From the NCBI GenBank assembly GCA_041746255.1, contig JBGTHM010000106.1:1-34571 (forward strand): 34,571 bases of DNA, read 5' to 3'. The position numbers were made by a program, and so were the translations under genes. Numbering within the stretch: position 1 is the stretch's first letter; every line of letters begins with the position of its first letter. This DNA comes from Fibrobacteria bacterium. Its GTDB lineage: Bacteria > Fibrobacterota > Fibrobacteria > UBA11236. Shown piece by piece: positions 20,751 to 29,243 of this stretch. The notes under the pieces were generated by a model that did not search any database, was not told the DNA's origin, and worked only from the letters and a program-made list of their open reading frames with translations.

Positions 20751-20824
20751 CTGCCTTCGACCTTCCGGATAGGGAGTCGCTTGCGGGCGTTATTTTCATC
20801 CACCCTTTACTACTATATGTGCCC

Positions 20825-21910
20825 ATGAACATGCAGGAACAGGCCCGCAAGGCCATAGAACGCAGCGAAGAAATAGAAAGCCTTTTGGGGAACCCCGAGG
20901 TTCTCGGCGACCGTGCCCGCATGACGGGGTTGAATCGCGTGCATAAAGGTTTGGTCGACGTGGTGGTCAAAGCGCACGAATACCTACGCGCCGTCGCAGA
21001 GCTGAAAGACTGGGAAAAAGCCGCCGACGATTCTTCCGATAAGGAGCTTCAGGCATTGGCTGGAGAAGAATTGGAGGGATTACGGGAGAAGATAGAGAAG
21101 CTGGAAGAGGAACTCCGCATTCTTTTCATTCCCAAGGATCCCAACGATACCCGCAACGCGGTTCTGGAAATAAGGGCGGGCACCGGCGGTGACGAAGCTT
21201 CGATTTTCGCCGGCGATTTGTTTCGCATGTACAAGTATTTTATTGAGACAAAGGGATGGCGGCTCACCGTTGTCGATGCGAACGAAGGCACGGCAGGCGG
21301 CTTCAAGGAAATCATTTGCGAAGTCGAGGGGGACGGACCTTACGGCGTCCTCAAATACGAAAGCGGCGTCCATCGGGTTCAACGCGTTCCGGCCACCGAA
21401 ACCCAGGGCAGGGTGCATACTTCCGCAGCCACCGTGGTGGTGATGCCCATGGCCGATGAGATGGACGATATCGAAATCCGGGATGAGGAATTACGAGTGG
21501 ATACCTTTCGCGCCGGCGGGGCCGGGGGGCAGCATATCAACAAAACCGATTCCGCGGTCCGACTCACCCATTTGCCTTCGGGTCTTGTCGTAGCTTGCCA
21601 GGATGAGAGGTCCCAGCATAAAAACCGGGCCAAGGCCATGGCATTGCTGAAAACCAGATTGCTGGACAAGCGGCTGGCGGATGCGAACGCCAAGGAAGCC
21701 GCCGAGAGAAAATCGTTGGTGGGTACGGGCGATCGGTCCGCGAAAATCCGGACCTATAATTTTCCCCAAGGCCGCGTCAGCGATCATCGCGTTAATCTCA
21801 CTCTCTATAAGCTTGAGTCCGTCATGCATGGTGAAATCCAGGAATTCATCGATGCGCTCGAGATGGAAAGCAATGCGGAAAAGCTGCGCGAGATGGAGAA
21901 GAAATCCTGA
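20825..21910 (+). CDS. prfA: Peptide chain release factor 1
   Basis: Motifs EIRAGTGGDEA, YESGVHRVQRVPATE (PxT, RF1 specificity), GAGGQHINKTDSAVR and IRTYNFPQGR. Start is the ATG at 20825 or 20831. Confidence 0.95.
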   Translation: MNMQEQARKAIERSEEIESLLGNPEVLGDRARMTGLNRVHKGLVDVVVKAHEYLRAVAELKDWEKAADDSSDKELQALAGEELEGLREKIEKLEEELRILFIPKDPNDTRNAVLEIRAGTGGDEASIFAGDLFRMYKYFIETKGWRLTVVDANEGTAGGFKEIICEVEGDGPYGVLKYESGVHRVQRVPATETQGRVHTSAATVVVMPMADEMDDIEIRDEELRVDTFRAGGAGGQHINKTDSAVRLTHLPSGLVVACQDERSQHKNRAKAMALLKTRLLDKRLADANAKEAAERKSLVGTGDRSAKIRTYNFPQGRVSDHRVNLTLYKLESVMHGEIQEFIDALEMESNAEKLREMEKKS

Positions 21911-22773
21911 ATCCAAGCATAACCCAGCCTACGGTTCTGGAAATCCTGAACAAGTCAACCCAATATCTTCAGGATAAAGGCATTGACAATGCCCGCGCCG
22001 ACGCACAATGGCTGCTTGGCCATGCCCTGGGTCTAAAACGCCTGGAGCTCTACCTGAATTTTGAACGCCCGCTTTCCGAACCCGAGTTAAGTCTTTGTCG
22101 GCAATTGATTCTGCGCCGATCGAAGCGGGAGCCGCTCCAGCATATTCTCGGAGAGATGCCTTTTCGGAAAGTGAATTTGAAAGTGGACCGGCGCGCTTTA
22201 ATCCCGCGCCCGGAAACGGAATTGATTGTCGACACGGTTCGCCATCTTCTGGACGGAAAAGAAAATCCCAAGATCTTGGAAATCGGCGTAGGTACCGGCG
22301 CAATCTGCCTGTCCCTGATGCAAGAGATACCCGGAATCCAAATCCTGGGTGTGGATCTATCCATCGAAGGGCTCTCCCTCGCGCTTGAAAATGCCTCCAA
22401 GAACGCCTTGCCGCTCACCGGGAGGCTAATGCAGGGAGATGCCTTTTCGGGTTTGCGTCTGGAAGCAAAGTTCGATTTGATCGTCTCAAATCCTCCCTAT
22501 GTGGGGCGAAGCGAGTTCGCTTCGCTGGCTCCTGAGGTGCGGGACCATGATCCCGAGTTGGCCTTGATAGGTGGACGGGAAGGCTGGGAGTTTCCTTGGA
22601 AGTTGATTGCCGAAGCACAAGGCTATTTGCGCAAGGGAGGTTTCCTGGTGATGGAGGTGGGTTCGGGACAGGCCCAGCTGCTTATGAAAAAAGCCGCGGA
22701 TTTGGTATGGGCCTCCATGGAGGCGGCGCGTGACTATCAGGACATTGAGCGTTTCGTCATATTTAGGCGGTAA
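21907..22773 (+). CDS. prmC: Release factor glutamine methyltransferase PrmC/HemK, probable CTG start
   Basis: Motifs REPLQHILG, LIPRPETE, EIGVGTGAI and IVSNPPY. The frame is open upstream of the ORF-track start (22105) and encodes the PrmC N-domain (TVLEILNKSTQYLQDKGIDNARADAQWLLGHAL..RLELYL). Confidence 0.9.
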   Translation: MNPSITQPTVLEILNKSTQYLQDKGIDNARADAQWLLGHALGLKRLELYLNFERPLSEPELSLCRQLILRRSKREPLQHILGEMPFRKVNLKVDRRALIPRPETELIVDTVRHLLDGKENPKILEIGVGTGAICLSLMQEIPGIQILGVDLSIEGLSLALENASKNALPLTGRLMQGDAFSGLRLEAKFDLIVSNPPYVGRSEFASLAPEVRDHDPELALIGGREGWEFPWKLIAEAQGYLRKGGFLVMEVGSGQAQLLMKKAADLVWASMEAARDYQDIERFVIFRR

Positions 22774-23183
22774 CCCGAAATCATTTGCCGGAACCAACGG
22801 GTGTCATAATGGGTGGCCGTTCCACCGGCACTGAAGTTGGTTCGGCATGTTATCCATGATTACCAATCGCTCGGCCATTAGATCCTGTCGCTTGGCGCCA
22901 TTCTCAATGGGGATAGTGCTGGAAGATGAGATCGGATATATTTTATGAGAATCCGATCCAGAAAACTCGACAAGACGTTAAAAATAATATTATGAATGCC
23001 AGTAACGCAGGTGTTTCTTTTTCTCACGGGGATTCAATCCTTCCAACGGAAGCACTGGATCTGAGAAATGATACGGAGATCGTTTTAAATATGACCAAAA
23101 AAAGAGGTAATTTGGTTGGTTTAAATTGAGCTCCTGAAATGAGGAAAAAGACAGATTATCCTTTCTTGGCGGCTAGAAAAGGC

Positions 23184-23212
23184 TTGTGTTTCCGATACAA
23201 ATTGAATATGAT
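23184..23212 (+). promoter_or_regulatory. Candidate sigma70 promoter for the lipoprotein gene
   Basis: TTGTGT-17 nt-TATGAT, followed by a GGGAGG SD ahead of the ATG at 23241. Confidence 0.5.
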
Positions 23213-23240
23213 ATAAGTGTTGCGTAGGGAGGGGCCCCTC

Positions 23241-23780
23241 ATGAGTATTATTGGTAATCTGGCAATAGTATCGACATTATGGATTCTTGCATGTCAACCA
23301 GCCGATGAGTCTGCCGTTAATCCAGATCCATCCTCAAGTCAATATTTACAAAATCCTACAGTGGATCACCAAAAAGAACCCGATTCAATCGCAGCTTCTA
23401 CTAACATTTCAGTTCTGTATACGATTACATTTAATAAGAACCCGAAAGGTTTGAGATCCGTTAAGCAAAATAAAGAAGAATGGCTGGCTGCACGGGAAGA
23501 GGCTCTTTTAAATGGAATTGCTGCTCTTCGAGGAAAGTTGGGAAGCGCCATGGATACATTCTCAGTTTTGCCCCAAAGTAGCTCAGACGTCGGGATTGAA
23601 ATAGAACTCACTGAAGTGCAACTTGCTAAGGTAAAGGATATCCCAGAAATCCAATGGGTTTCGCCATCTATTCCCAAAGCTACGCAAATTATGACGAATG
23701 ATCCTGTTTATGATACCCTATCTCCAGTACAAATTATGACGAATGACCCTGTTTACGATACCATATCTCCAAGAGAATAG
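23241..23780 (+). CDS. Lipoprotein with a subtilisin-propeptide (inhibitor I9)-like domain and a duplicated 15-aa C-terminal repeat
   Basis: Lipobox ILAC. YTITF...GIEIELTEVQLAKVKDIPEIQWVSP resembles the I9 pattern YIV.F...GF...LT..Q...L...P.V..V.P. The DNA is visibly AT-rich. Confidence 0.6.
   Translation: MSIIGNLAIVSTLWILACQPADESAVNPDPSSSQYLQNPTVDHQKEPDSIAASTNISVLYTITFNKNPKGLRSVKQNKEEWLAAREEALLNGIAALRGKLGSAMDTFSVLPQSSSDVGIEIELTEVQLAKVKDIPEIQWVSPSIPKATQIMTNDPVYDTLSPVQIMTNDPVYDTISPRE
23685..23774 (+). repeat. 45-bp tandem duplication (2 copies) encoding QIMTNDPVYDT(L/I)SP
   Basis: caaattatgacgaatgatcctgtttatgataccctatctcca at 23685 and caaattatgacgaatgaccctgtttacgataccatatctcca at 23730. Confidence 0.95.
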
Positions 23781-23867
23781 GTATCGAATAGTCTTAAGCA
23801 TTCGGTGATAACCGTCTTGTAATGAAATGCTTTGATGGACAGATTTCCATTCCAGGAGATCAAACCC

Positions 23868-24011
23868 ATGAAGCTGAAAGCCAATTATCACGAACCTGCA
23901 AAACTGCGAGCCGTTCGCAGCCCGCAATTCTACTTCGATGTCGTTGATAAGCATCCCCAAAGCGGATTGACCCTTGCCCAATATTGTCGCAAGCATCAGC
24001 CTGTTCCCTGA
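23868..24011 (+). pseudogene. tnpA: IS66 TnpA (orfA) N-terminal fragment
   Basis: AGGAG SD. MKLKANYHEPAKLRAVRSPQFYFDVVDKHPQSGLTLAQYCRKHQPVP* contains the SGLT..QYCRKH helix-turn-helix start typical of IS66 TnpA. It is truncated. Confidence 0.7.
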
Positions 24012-24113
24012 AATCCCGCGACATGCACCTTATGCTGGAGGGAATCGATTTGCAGCAGGTTCGCGGAAATAAGCGGTACCGATTACCGGCCGGAGCCTGA
24101 ATAATGGTAAAAA
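23993..24113 (+). repeat. 121-bp direct repeat, copy 1 (IS66 tnpB 3' end)
   Basis: Matches 29304-29424 with 3 mismatches by manual comparison. Confidence 0.95.
24008..24100 (+). pseudogene. tnpB: IS66 TnpB (orfB) C-terminal fragment
   Basis: LKSRDMHLMLEGIDLQQVRGNKRYRLPAGA* matches the IS66 TnpB ending (L..LLEGIDL...R..KRY). Confidence 0.75.
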
Positions 24114-24159
24114 CAGCTTAAAATAAGGTTCCCTATATGTTACCTTAAATGGTGCCGAT

Positions 24160-24565
24160 ATGCCTCCCGAATTGGAGCAAGAACAGCGCGATTTCGAAGA
24201 AGCCAAGGCGCAAAATGAGAAGATCCGCTCGCTCTATAGGCATACGGACAGCAAGCTACAAAAGGCAGAAGACCAGTTAAGCTGGTACCAAAGGCAGATA
24301 TTCGGTACCCGCTCCGATAAATTTATCCCCATCCCTCCTGAACAACAAAGACTGGCCGACCTCTTGCAAGCGGTGCCGATGGGGTCCGCCACAGCGAGAT
24401 AGTCTATACCGACGACACCCCGGTGCGCGTCCTTATGGAAGGGAAAAAGCAGAAATGCCAACGCGGATATATGTGGACTTACATCGGTGGAGGGCATGTG
24501 GTCTACGAATATACCCGTGGCCGGGGCAGAAAATATCCGGGTGAGTTCCTGAGAGGGGCATTCTA
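24160..24565 (+). pseudogene. tnpC: IS66 TnpC DDE transposase remnants (leucine-zipper N-terminus plus a frameshifted catalytic-core fragment)
   Basis: LSWYQRQIFGTRSDK in one frame, then VYTDDTPVRVL..GYMWTY..VVYEYTRGRG..PGEFLRG in another frame. The zinc-finger region and C-terminus are missing. Confidence 0.8.
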
Positions 24566-24725
24566 CCGAGCCATCCCTGTGGAAATCAATCCCCCGCGGA
24601 AATGAGTTTTTCCATCCCCCTGATCAAAAGGGTATTTTAAAACCAAGGGCTCACTGTCTTTGCTTAAGTGGGTTCCTTTAAACTGCTTCCAACAAAGAAG
24701 CGGGAACATTGTTGGAGGAAAATGG

Positions 24726-26474
24726 ATGACGGACGTAGTTTCCCACATGACTCCTCCAACTGTAAAACTGGAAAAAGCCTCCACCGGCATTGAAGGACTG
24801 GATGAAATCACTTCCGGTGGACTTCCGAGGGGCCGGACCACCTTGGTGGCCGGCAGCGCCGGGTGCGGAAAGACCATGCTCGCCATTGAGTTCCTGGTGC
24901 GTGGCATCCTTGAGTATGGAGAGCCCGGGGTATTCATCGCTTTCGAGGAGTCTGCGGAAGATTTAGCCAAGAACGTCGCGTCCCTGGGGTTCAATCTTAA
25001 GGAACTGGAAGCGGACGGGAAGCTGATAGTGGAGCACATCCACGTGGATCGGGCCGAGATGGCCATTGCCGGCAAATTCGATCTGGAAGGCCTGTTCATG
25101 ACCTTGGAATCCTGCGTCGAAACCGTCGCAGGCAAGCGCATCGCCATAGATACCCTGGAATCCCTCTTAGGAGGGTTCGATAATCAGGCCCTGCTGCGCC
25201 AGGAAATCAAGCGCCTTTTCAATTGGCTCAAGGATCGGGAACTTACCAGCGTCATCACCGCGGAACGCGGCGAAGGCGGCTTGACGCGTCATGGGTTGGA
25301 GGAATACGTTTCCGACTGCGTGCTGTTGCTCGATCATCGCATCATCGATCAGCTTTCCACGCGACGCCTGCGCATCGTGAAATACCGGGGCTCCCTCCAC
25401 GGAACCAACGAATACCCCTTCCTAATCGATGAGAGCGGAATCTCAGTGCTGCCGATATCCTCCTTAAGCCTCGATCACAAGGCCGGCAGGGAGCGAATTT
25501 CCACCGGCATCCCGCGCTTGGACGTCATGTTGGAAGGCAAGGGGTATTTTCGCGGCAGCAGCATCTTGGTTTCGGGCACGGCGGGCAGCGGTAAGACCAG
25601 CATCGCCAATTTCTTCGCCAAGGCTACATGCGCCCGCGGCGAAAAGGTCCTGTACATGGCCTTCGAGGAATCACCCTCGCAAATCAAGCGCAACATGGAA
25701 TCCCTGGGGCTCGACTTGGAACAGTGGGTCCAAAAGGGCCTGTTGCATTATCACGCTTCCCGCCCCAGCATGTACGGGCTGGAAATGCACTTGGTGAAAA
25801 TCCACAAGTTGGTGCGTGAAATAAAGCCCAAGGTGGTCATTCTGGATCCCATCACCAATTTAACGGGAATGGGTACCGGCACGGAGGTGCACGCCATGCT
25901 GGTTCGCCTCATGGATTATCTGAAGGCGGAAGGCATCACCGGCCTGTACACGGCGCTCGCGTCCGGGCTGCAGATCCAGTTGGAGGCCGCAGAGGCGGGC
26001 ATTTTTTCGCTCATCGATACCTGGCTGCTGGTTCGGGACATCGAGTTGAACGGGGAGCGGAACCGGGGCATGTACGTCATCAAATCGCGCGGCATGTCGC
26101 ATTCCAACCAGATACGGGAATTCCGCATGTCGTCTCAAGGAATTGATCTCCTGGACGTGTACGTCGGGCCCTCCGGTGTGGTGACGGGGTCGGCGCGCCT
26201 GAGCCAGGAGGCCGCGGAAAAGGCTGCGTCAATGGAAGTGGAGCAGGAGGTGGAGACCACCCAGATGAGGCTTCGCCGCAAACGCAAGGTGATGGAAGCC
26301 GAGTGGGCCGCGCGCGAGGCGGACTTGGCTGCGGAGGAAGCGGAAGCAGCCCGCGTGGCCGCGCAGAAGAAGAAGGCTAACGTGCGCTTGGAAACGGATC
26401 AATTGGAAATGGCCGTGCACCGGAAATCGGATTCCATGGCTTCCCAAGACGCGCCCGGTCTTGAGGATAAATGA
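24726..26474 (+). CDS. kaiC: Circadian clock-family ATPase/kinase KaiC (double domain, KaiC2-like with coiled-coil tail)
   Basis: GGAGGA SD 6 nt before the ATG at 24726. Two P-loops ([16 protein letters not shown]), FEE catalytic glutamates in both halves, [35 protein letters not shown] and TGSAR, then an Ala/Glu/Arg-rich tail. Confidence 0.95.
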   Translation: MTDVVSHMTPPTVKLEKASTGIEGLDEITSGGLPRGRTTLVAGSAGCGKTMLAIEFLVRGILEYGEPGVFIAFEESAEDLAKNVASLGFNLKELEADGKLIVEHIHVDRAEMAIAGKFDLEGLFMTLESCVETVAGKRIAIDTLESLLGGFDNQALLRQEIKRLFNWLKDRELTSVITAERGEGGLTRHGLEEYVSDCVLLLDHRIIDQLSTRRLRIVKYRGSLHGTNEYPFLIDESGISVLPISSLSLDHKAGRERISTGIPRLDVMLEGKGYFRGSSILVSGTAGSGKTSIANFFAKATCARGEKVLYMAFEESPSQIKRNMESLGLDLEQWVQKGLLHYHASRPSMYGLEMHLVKIHKLVREIKPKVVILDPITNLTGMGTGTEVHAMLVRLMDYLKAEGITGLYTALASGLQIQLEAAEAGIFSLIDTWLLVRDIELNGERNRGMYVIKSRGMSHSNQIREFRMSSQGIDLLDVYVGPSGVVTGSARLSQEAAEKAASMEVEQEVETTQMRLRRKRKVMEAEWAAREADLAAEEAEAARVAAQKKKANVRLETDQLEMAVHRKSDSMASQDAPGLEDK

Positions 26475-26800
26475 TGGAACAAGAAATTTCGAATACCCCC
26501 CAAGACCCTTCCCCCGAAGGAGAAAGTGGCACCTTCCTGCTTAAACTGTACGTGGCCGGCAAGACGCCGCGTTCGGTGACCGCAATCCAGAACCTTAAAA
26601 AGATCTGCGAGGAACACCTGAAGGGTCGCTACCAACTCGAGGTTATCGACCTGGCGCACAATCCAAGTCAGGCTCGCACGGACAAGATTTTAGCCATTCC
26701 CACTTTGATCCGCAGCCTTCCCATACCCATCAGACGCATCATTGGGGACTTGTCGGACAAGGACCAGGTACTCATCGGTCTCAACATCGAGAATATTTGA
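26471..26800 (+). CDS. kaiB: Circadian clock protein KaiB
   Basis: [30 protein letters not shown]...P..A....[25 protein letters not shown] overlap with the kaiC stop. Confidence 0.95.
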   Translation: MMEQEISNTPQDPSPEGESGTFLLKLYVAGKTPRSVTAIQNLKKICEEHLKGRYQLEVIDLAHNPSQARTDKILAIPTLIRSLPIPIRRIIGDLSDKDQVLIGLNIENI

Positions 26801-28965
26801 TGGAACCCGTTATCGAGAACGAAAGCCGGGAATTGCGGAAAGAACTCGAATCGACGCGGCAAAAGTTGCGCGAGTCCGAAGCCACCCTCGAAGCCATCCG
26901 CCTCGGAAAGGTGGACGCTTTGGTGGTGTCCGGCGAGCCTGGTAAGGACCAGATCCGGGTCATTTTGGACATGGGATCATTGGGCGACTCCCTGTTCAAC
27001 CAGATCGCGCAGCCCATTTTCATTCTGGACGATGGCTACCGCATCCTACGTTCCAATCAACCTGCTCAGGAATTATGCGGATTCAATCCCGTGGGTCGGT
27101 TGTTCCCGGATACTGTGCCCTTCCATCCCACGGATGAGGGGGAAGAGAACGATTTCAAAGACTTGCTGGGGAAATGGATCGCGGAGGGCAAGCATATCAG
27201 CGGGCTGGGTGTCTATTATGATCATCCCGAGTGGGGAACGCGCTTCTATCTACTGGATGCGAATCCCGTCACGCTTTCCTGGGAAGGTGTGCAGGGCGGA
27301 ATCATGACCTTGATGGATATCACGGCCCGCAAGCTTTCCGAGCTCAGGCTTGCCGTGAAGAGCGATCAGCTCCGGCACCAGTTCAACCTGCTTAAGTCCG
27401 TCAGCGACAACATCGCGGAGGGCCTGATCCTGGTCGATGTGGACCGGAAAATCATTTTTCGGAATCCGGCCATGCTGGAATTACTGGGCGTCCAGGAACC
27501 GGATCTCCTCGGCCGGGATTTACACGAGGTCTTTCGGGTCGAAACCGAACCCGAAAAGGAACCTTTCATCGCGGCGGACCCGTCCCATAAAACCGGACAG
27601 GAATTCGTGACCCAGGTCGGCAAGCTCATGGCCCGGGACGGCCGCATTACGCCGGTTCAATTCTCGTACTACCCCGTCAAGGATGGGGAAAAGGTGCGCG
27701 GAAGCATCATCGTGGTGAGCGACAACAGCGAACGCGTAGCCTCGGAGCGCCAATTGCGCCTGAGCGTGGAGAAGCAGCAGCAGTCGCAGAAGATGGAAGC
27801 CATCGGTAGGCTGGCAGGCGGCGTTGCTCATGACTTCAACAACCTTCTTCTGGCCATACTCGGTTTTACGGATCTCTCCCTCGCCCTTATCGAGCAGGGA
27901 ACGCCTATTTATGAGAACCTCGTGGAAGTCAAAAAGGCGGGAGAGAAGGCGGCCGCCATCACGGGACAATTGCTTGCCTATAGTCGCAAGCAGATTCTCG
28001 CCCCCACCATCCGCCGCGTGAACGATTCCATCGAGGATTTGCGCAACATGCTCGGCCATCTCCTCGGTGAGAACATCAGCCTGCAGGTGGACCTATCACC
28101 GGACCCCCTGTGGGTGGAAGTTGATCAGAGGAAGCTTCAGCAAGTTCTGGTCAACCTGGTCCTGAACGCCAGGGATGCCATGCCCGGAGGCGGGAAGTTA
28201 TTCATCCGCACGGGCCGCTTGGATATCGAGTCAAATGATGTAAGCGGCATGGTCGGGGAAGTGCTCAGGGAGACGGATGAGGGCATGCCCCCCGGAAGCT
28301 ATGCCTTCATTGAAATCGAGGACACGGGAACGGGAATGAGCTGGGCCGTGCTGGAACACCTTTTCGAACCGTTCTTCACCACCAAGGAGTTCGGCAAAGG
28401 GTCTGGTCTGGGGCTGTCGACGGCCTTCGGCATCATCCGGCAAATGGGCGGGCACATGCAGGTGTTCAGTCAGGAGTCGCGCGGTTCTCTTTTTAGAGTC
28501 ATCCTTCAGCTCCGCAGTCGTCCCGCCGTCGCTGAAGACGCGCCTTCGATGACACCGACCGACCTTCATGAAGGCCATGGGCGGTTCATCATGCTGGTGG
28601 AAGATGAAGAGGTGGTGCGCAGGCTTCTGGCCAAGGTCCTGAAGGATAGCGGCTATCTGGTGATCGAAGCCAAAAACGGAGAGGATGCCTTGGCCAAGCT
28701 GCCGGATCAAAACACCGATCTGGTCTTGGTTGTGACTGATCTCCTCATGGACGGCATGGGCGGCATCGAATTGGCGGAACGCCTCAAGAGCCTCCGCCCG
28801 GGAGTGGATATCCTGTTCATGTCCGGATATACCGAGGACCAACACAAGCTGCCCCTCATCGGCGGAGAGTCACCGAATTTCATGGCCAAGCCCTTTCGAC
28901 CCGGGGATTTCCTGGCGAAGGTGCATTCCATCATTGAGCCTTCCGCGCATTCCGCCAGATCTTAG
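26800..28965 (+). CDS. Cytoplasmic hybrid sensor histidine kinase (coiled coil - PAS - PAS - HisKA - HATPase - REC), CckA-like
   Basis: H-box GGVAHDFNNLL, N-box NLVLNARDAM, DTGTGM, FEPFFTTKEFGKGSGLGL, and receiver motifs VEDE..TDLLM..MSGY..KPF. No transmembrane segment seen. TGATG overlap with the kaiB stop. Confidence 0.92.
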   Translation: MEPVIENESRELRKELESTRQKLRESEATLEAIRLGKVDALVVSGEPGKDQIRVILDMGSLGDSLFNQIAQPIFILDDGYRILRSNQPAQELCGFNPVGRLFPDTVPFHPTDEGEENDFKDLLGKWIAEGKHISGLGVYYDHPEWGTRFYLLDANPVTLSWEGVQGGIMTLMDITARKLSELRLAVKSDQLRHQFNLLKSVSDNIAEGLILVDVDRKIIFRNPAMLELLGVQEPDLLGRDLHEVFRVETEPEKEPFIAADPSHKTGQEFVTQVGKLMARDGRITPVQFSYYPVKDGEKVRGSIIVVSDNSERVASERQLRLSVEKQQQSQKMEAIGRLAGGVAHDFNNLLLAILGFTDLSLALIEQGTPIYENLVEVKKAGEKAAAITGQLLAYSRKQILAPTIRRVNDSIEDLRNMLGHLLGENISLQVDLSPDPLWVEVDQRKLQQVLVNLVLNARDAMPGGGKLFIRTGRLDIESNDVSGMVGEVLRETDEGMPPGSYAFIEIEDTGTGMSWAVLEHLFEPFFTTKEFGKGSGLGLSTAFGIIRQMGGHMQVFSQESRGSLFRVILQLRSRPAVAEDAPSMTPTDLHEGHGRFIMLVEDEEVVRRLLAKVLKDSGYLVIEAKNGEDALAKLPDQNTDLVLVVTDLLMDGMGGIELAERLKSLRPGVDILFMSGYTEDQHKLPLIGGESPNFMAKPFRPGDFLAKVHSIIEPSAHSARS

Positions 28966-29243
28966 CCTACTTTAGCGCACGCCAGGGTAATTTCCTTCTC
29001 AAGAATTTTACAGTAGGCTAATTTTTTCCCTATTACAATGGCGGCTTTTCCATCAGCAAAGGAAAGACTGAATTCAACACGCGGCTGCGACCCCGTAAGT
29101 CCCTTGCCTTCAGTGTAATTCTTATATCGGTCTCCCATATTTTTCACTCTCGTATTTGTTCAGGGTTCCGCCCACTTCAGCCTGTATCAGTTCTTGCTCG
29201 AATTCCGGGGCCAGAATATCGCTTCGGCCTACGATGACCCTTT

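Larger units (their letters stand above)
23794..24668 (+). mobile_element. Internally deleted IS66-family element (relic)
   Basis: IRL-like TTAAGCATTCGGTGATAACCGTCTTG, then tnpA, tnpB and tnpC fragments in the canonical order. The right boundary is uncertain (TGCTTAAG at 24661-24668). Confidence 0.8.

Noticed and set aside
20588..20824. N-terminal extension of prfA in the ORF track (likewise kaiC 24660, hemH 29528, rpmE 19309, thiG 19293, rarD 18060)
   Set aside because: The extensions overlap neighbours or lack homology. Downstream starts fit the SD position and family N-termini better.
21901..21950. GAAATCCTGAA repeated at 21901 and 21940
   Set aside because: An 11-bp repeat within coding sequence (EILN twice), with no evidence that it is a target-site duplication.
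22926..23129. 67-aa ORF upstream of the lipoprotein
   Set aside because: It is short and AT-rich with no recognisable motif or convincing SD, and probably intergenic.
23685..23774. 45-bp repeat as a possible CRISPR array
   Set aside because: There are only two adjacent copies with no spacers, in frame within a CDS, differing mainly at synonymous sites, and no cas genes are present.
24008..24100. 'TnpB' as an RNA-guided IS200/IS605 nuclease
   Set aside because: This is the unrelated IS66 accessory protein TnpB (orfB). No RuvC or zinc-finger motifs are present.
23785..24676. 8-bp target-site duplication around the IS66 relic
   Set aside because: The flanks of the putative ends do not match, so the exact boundaries remain unproven.
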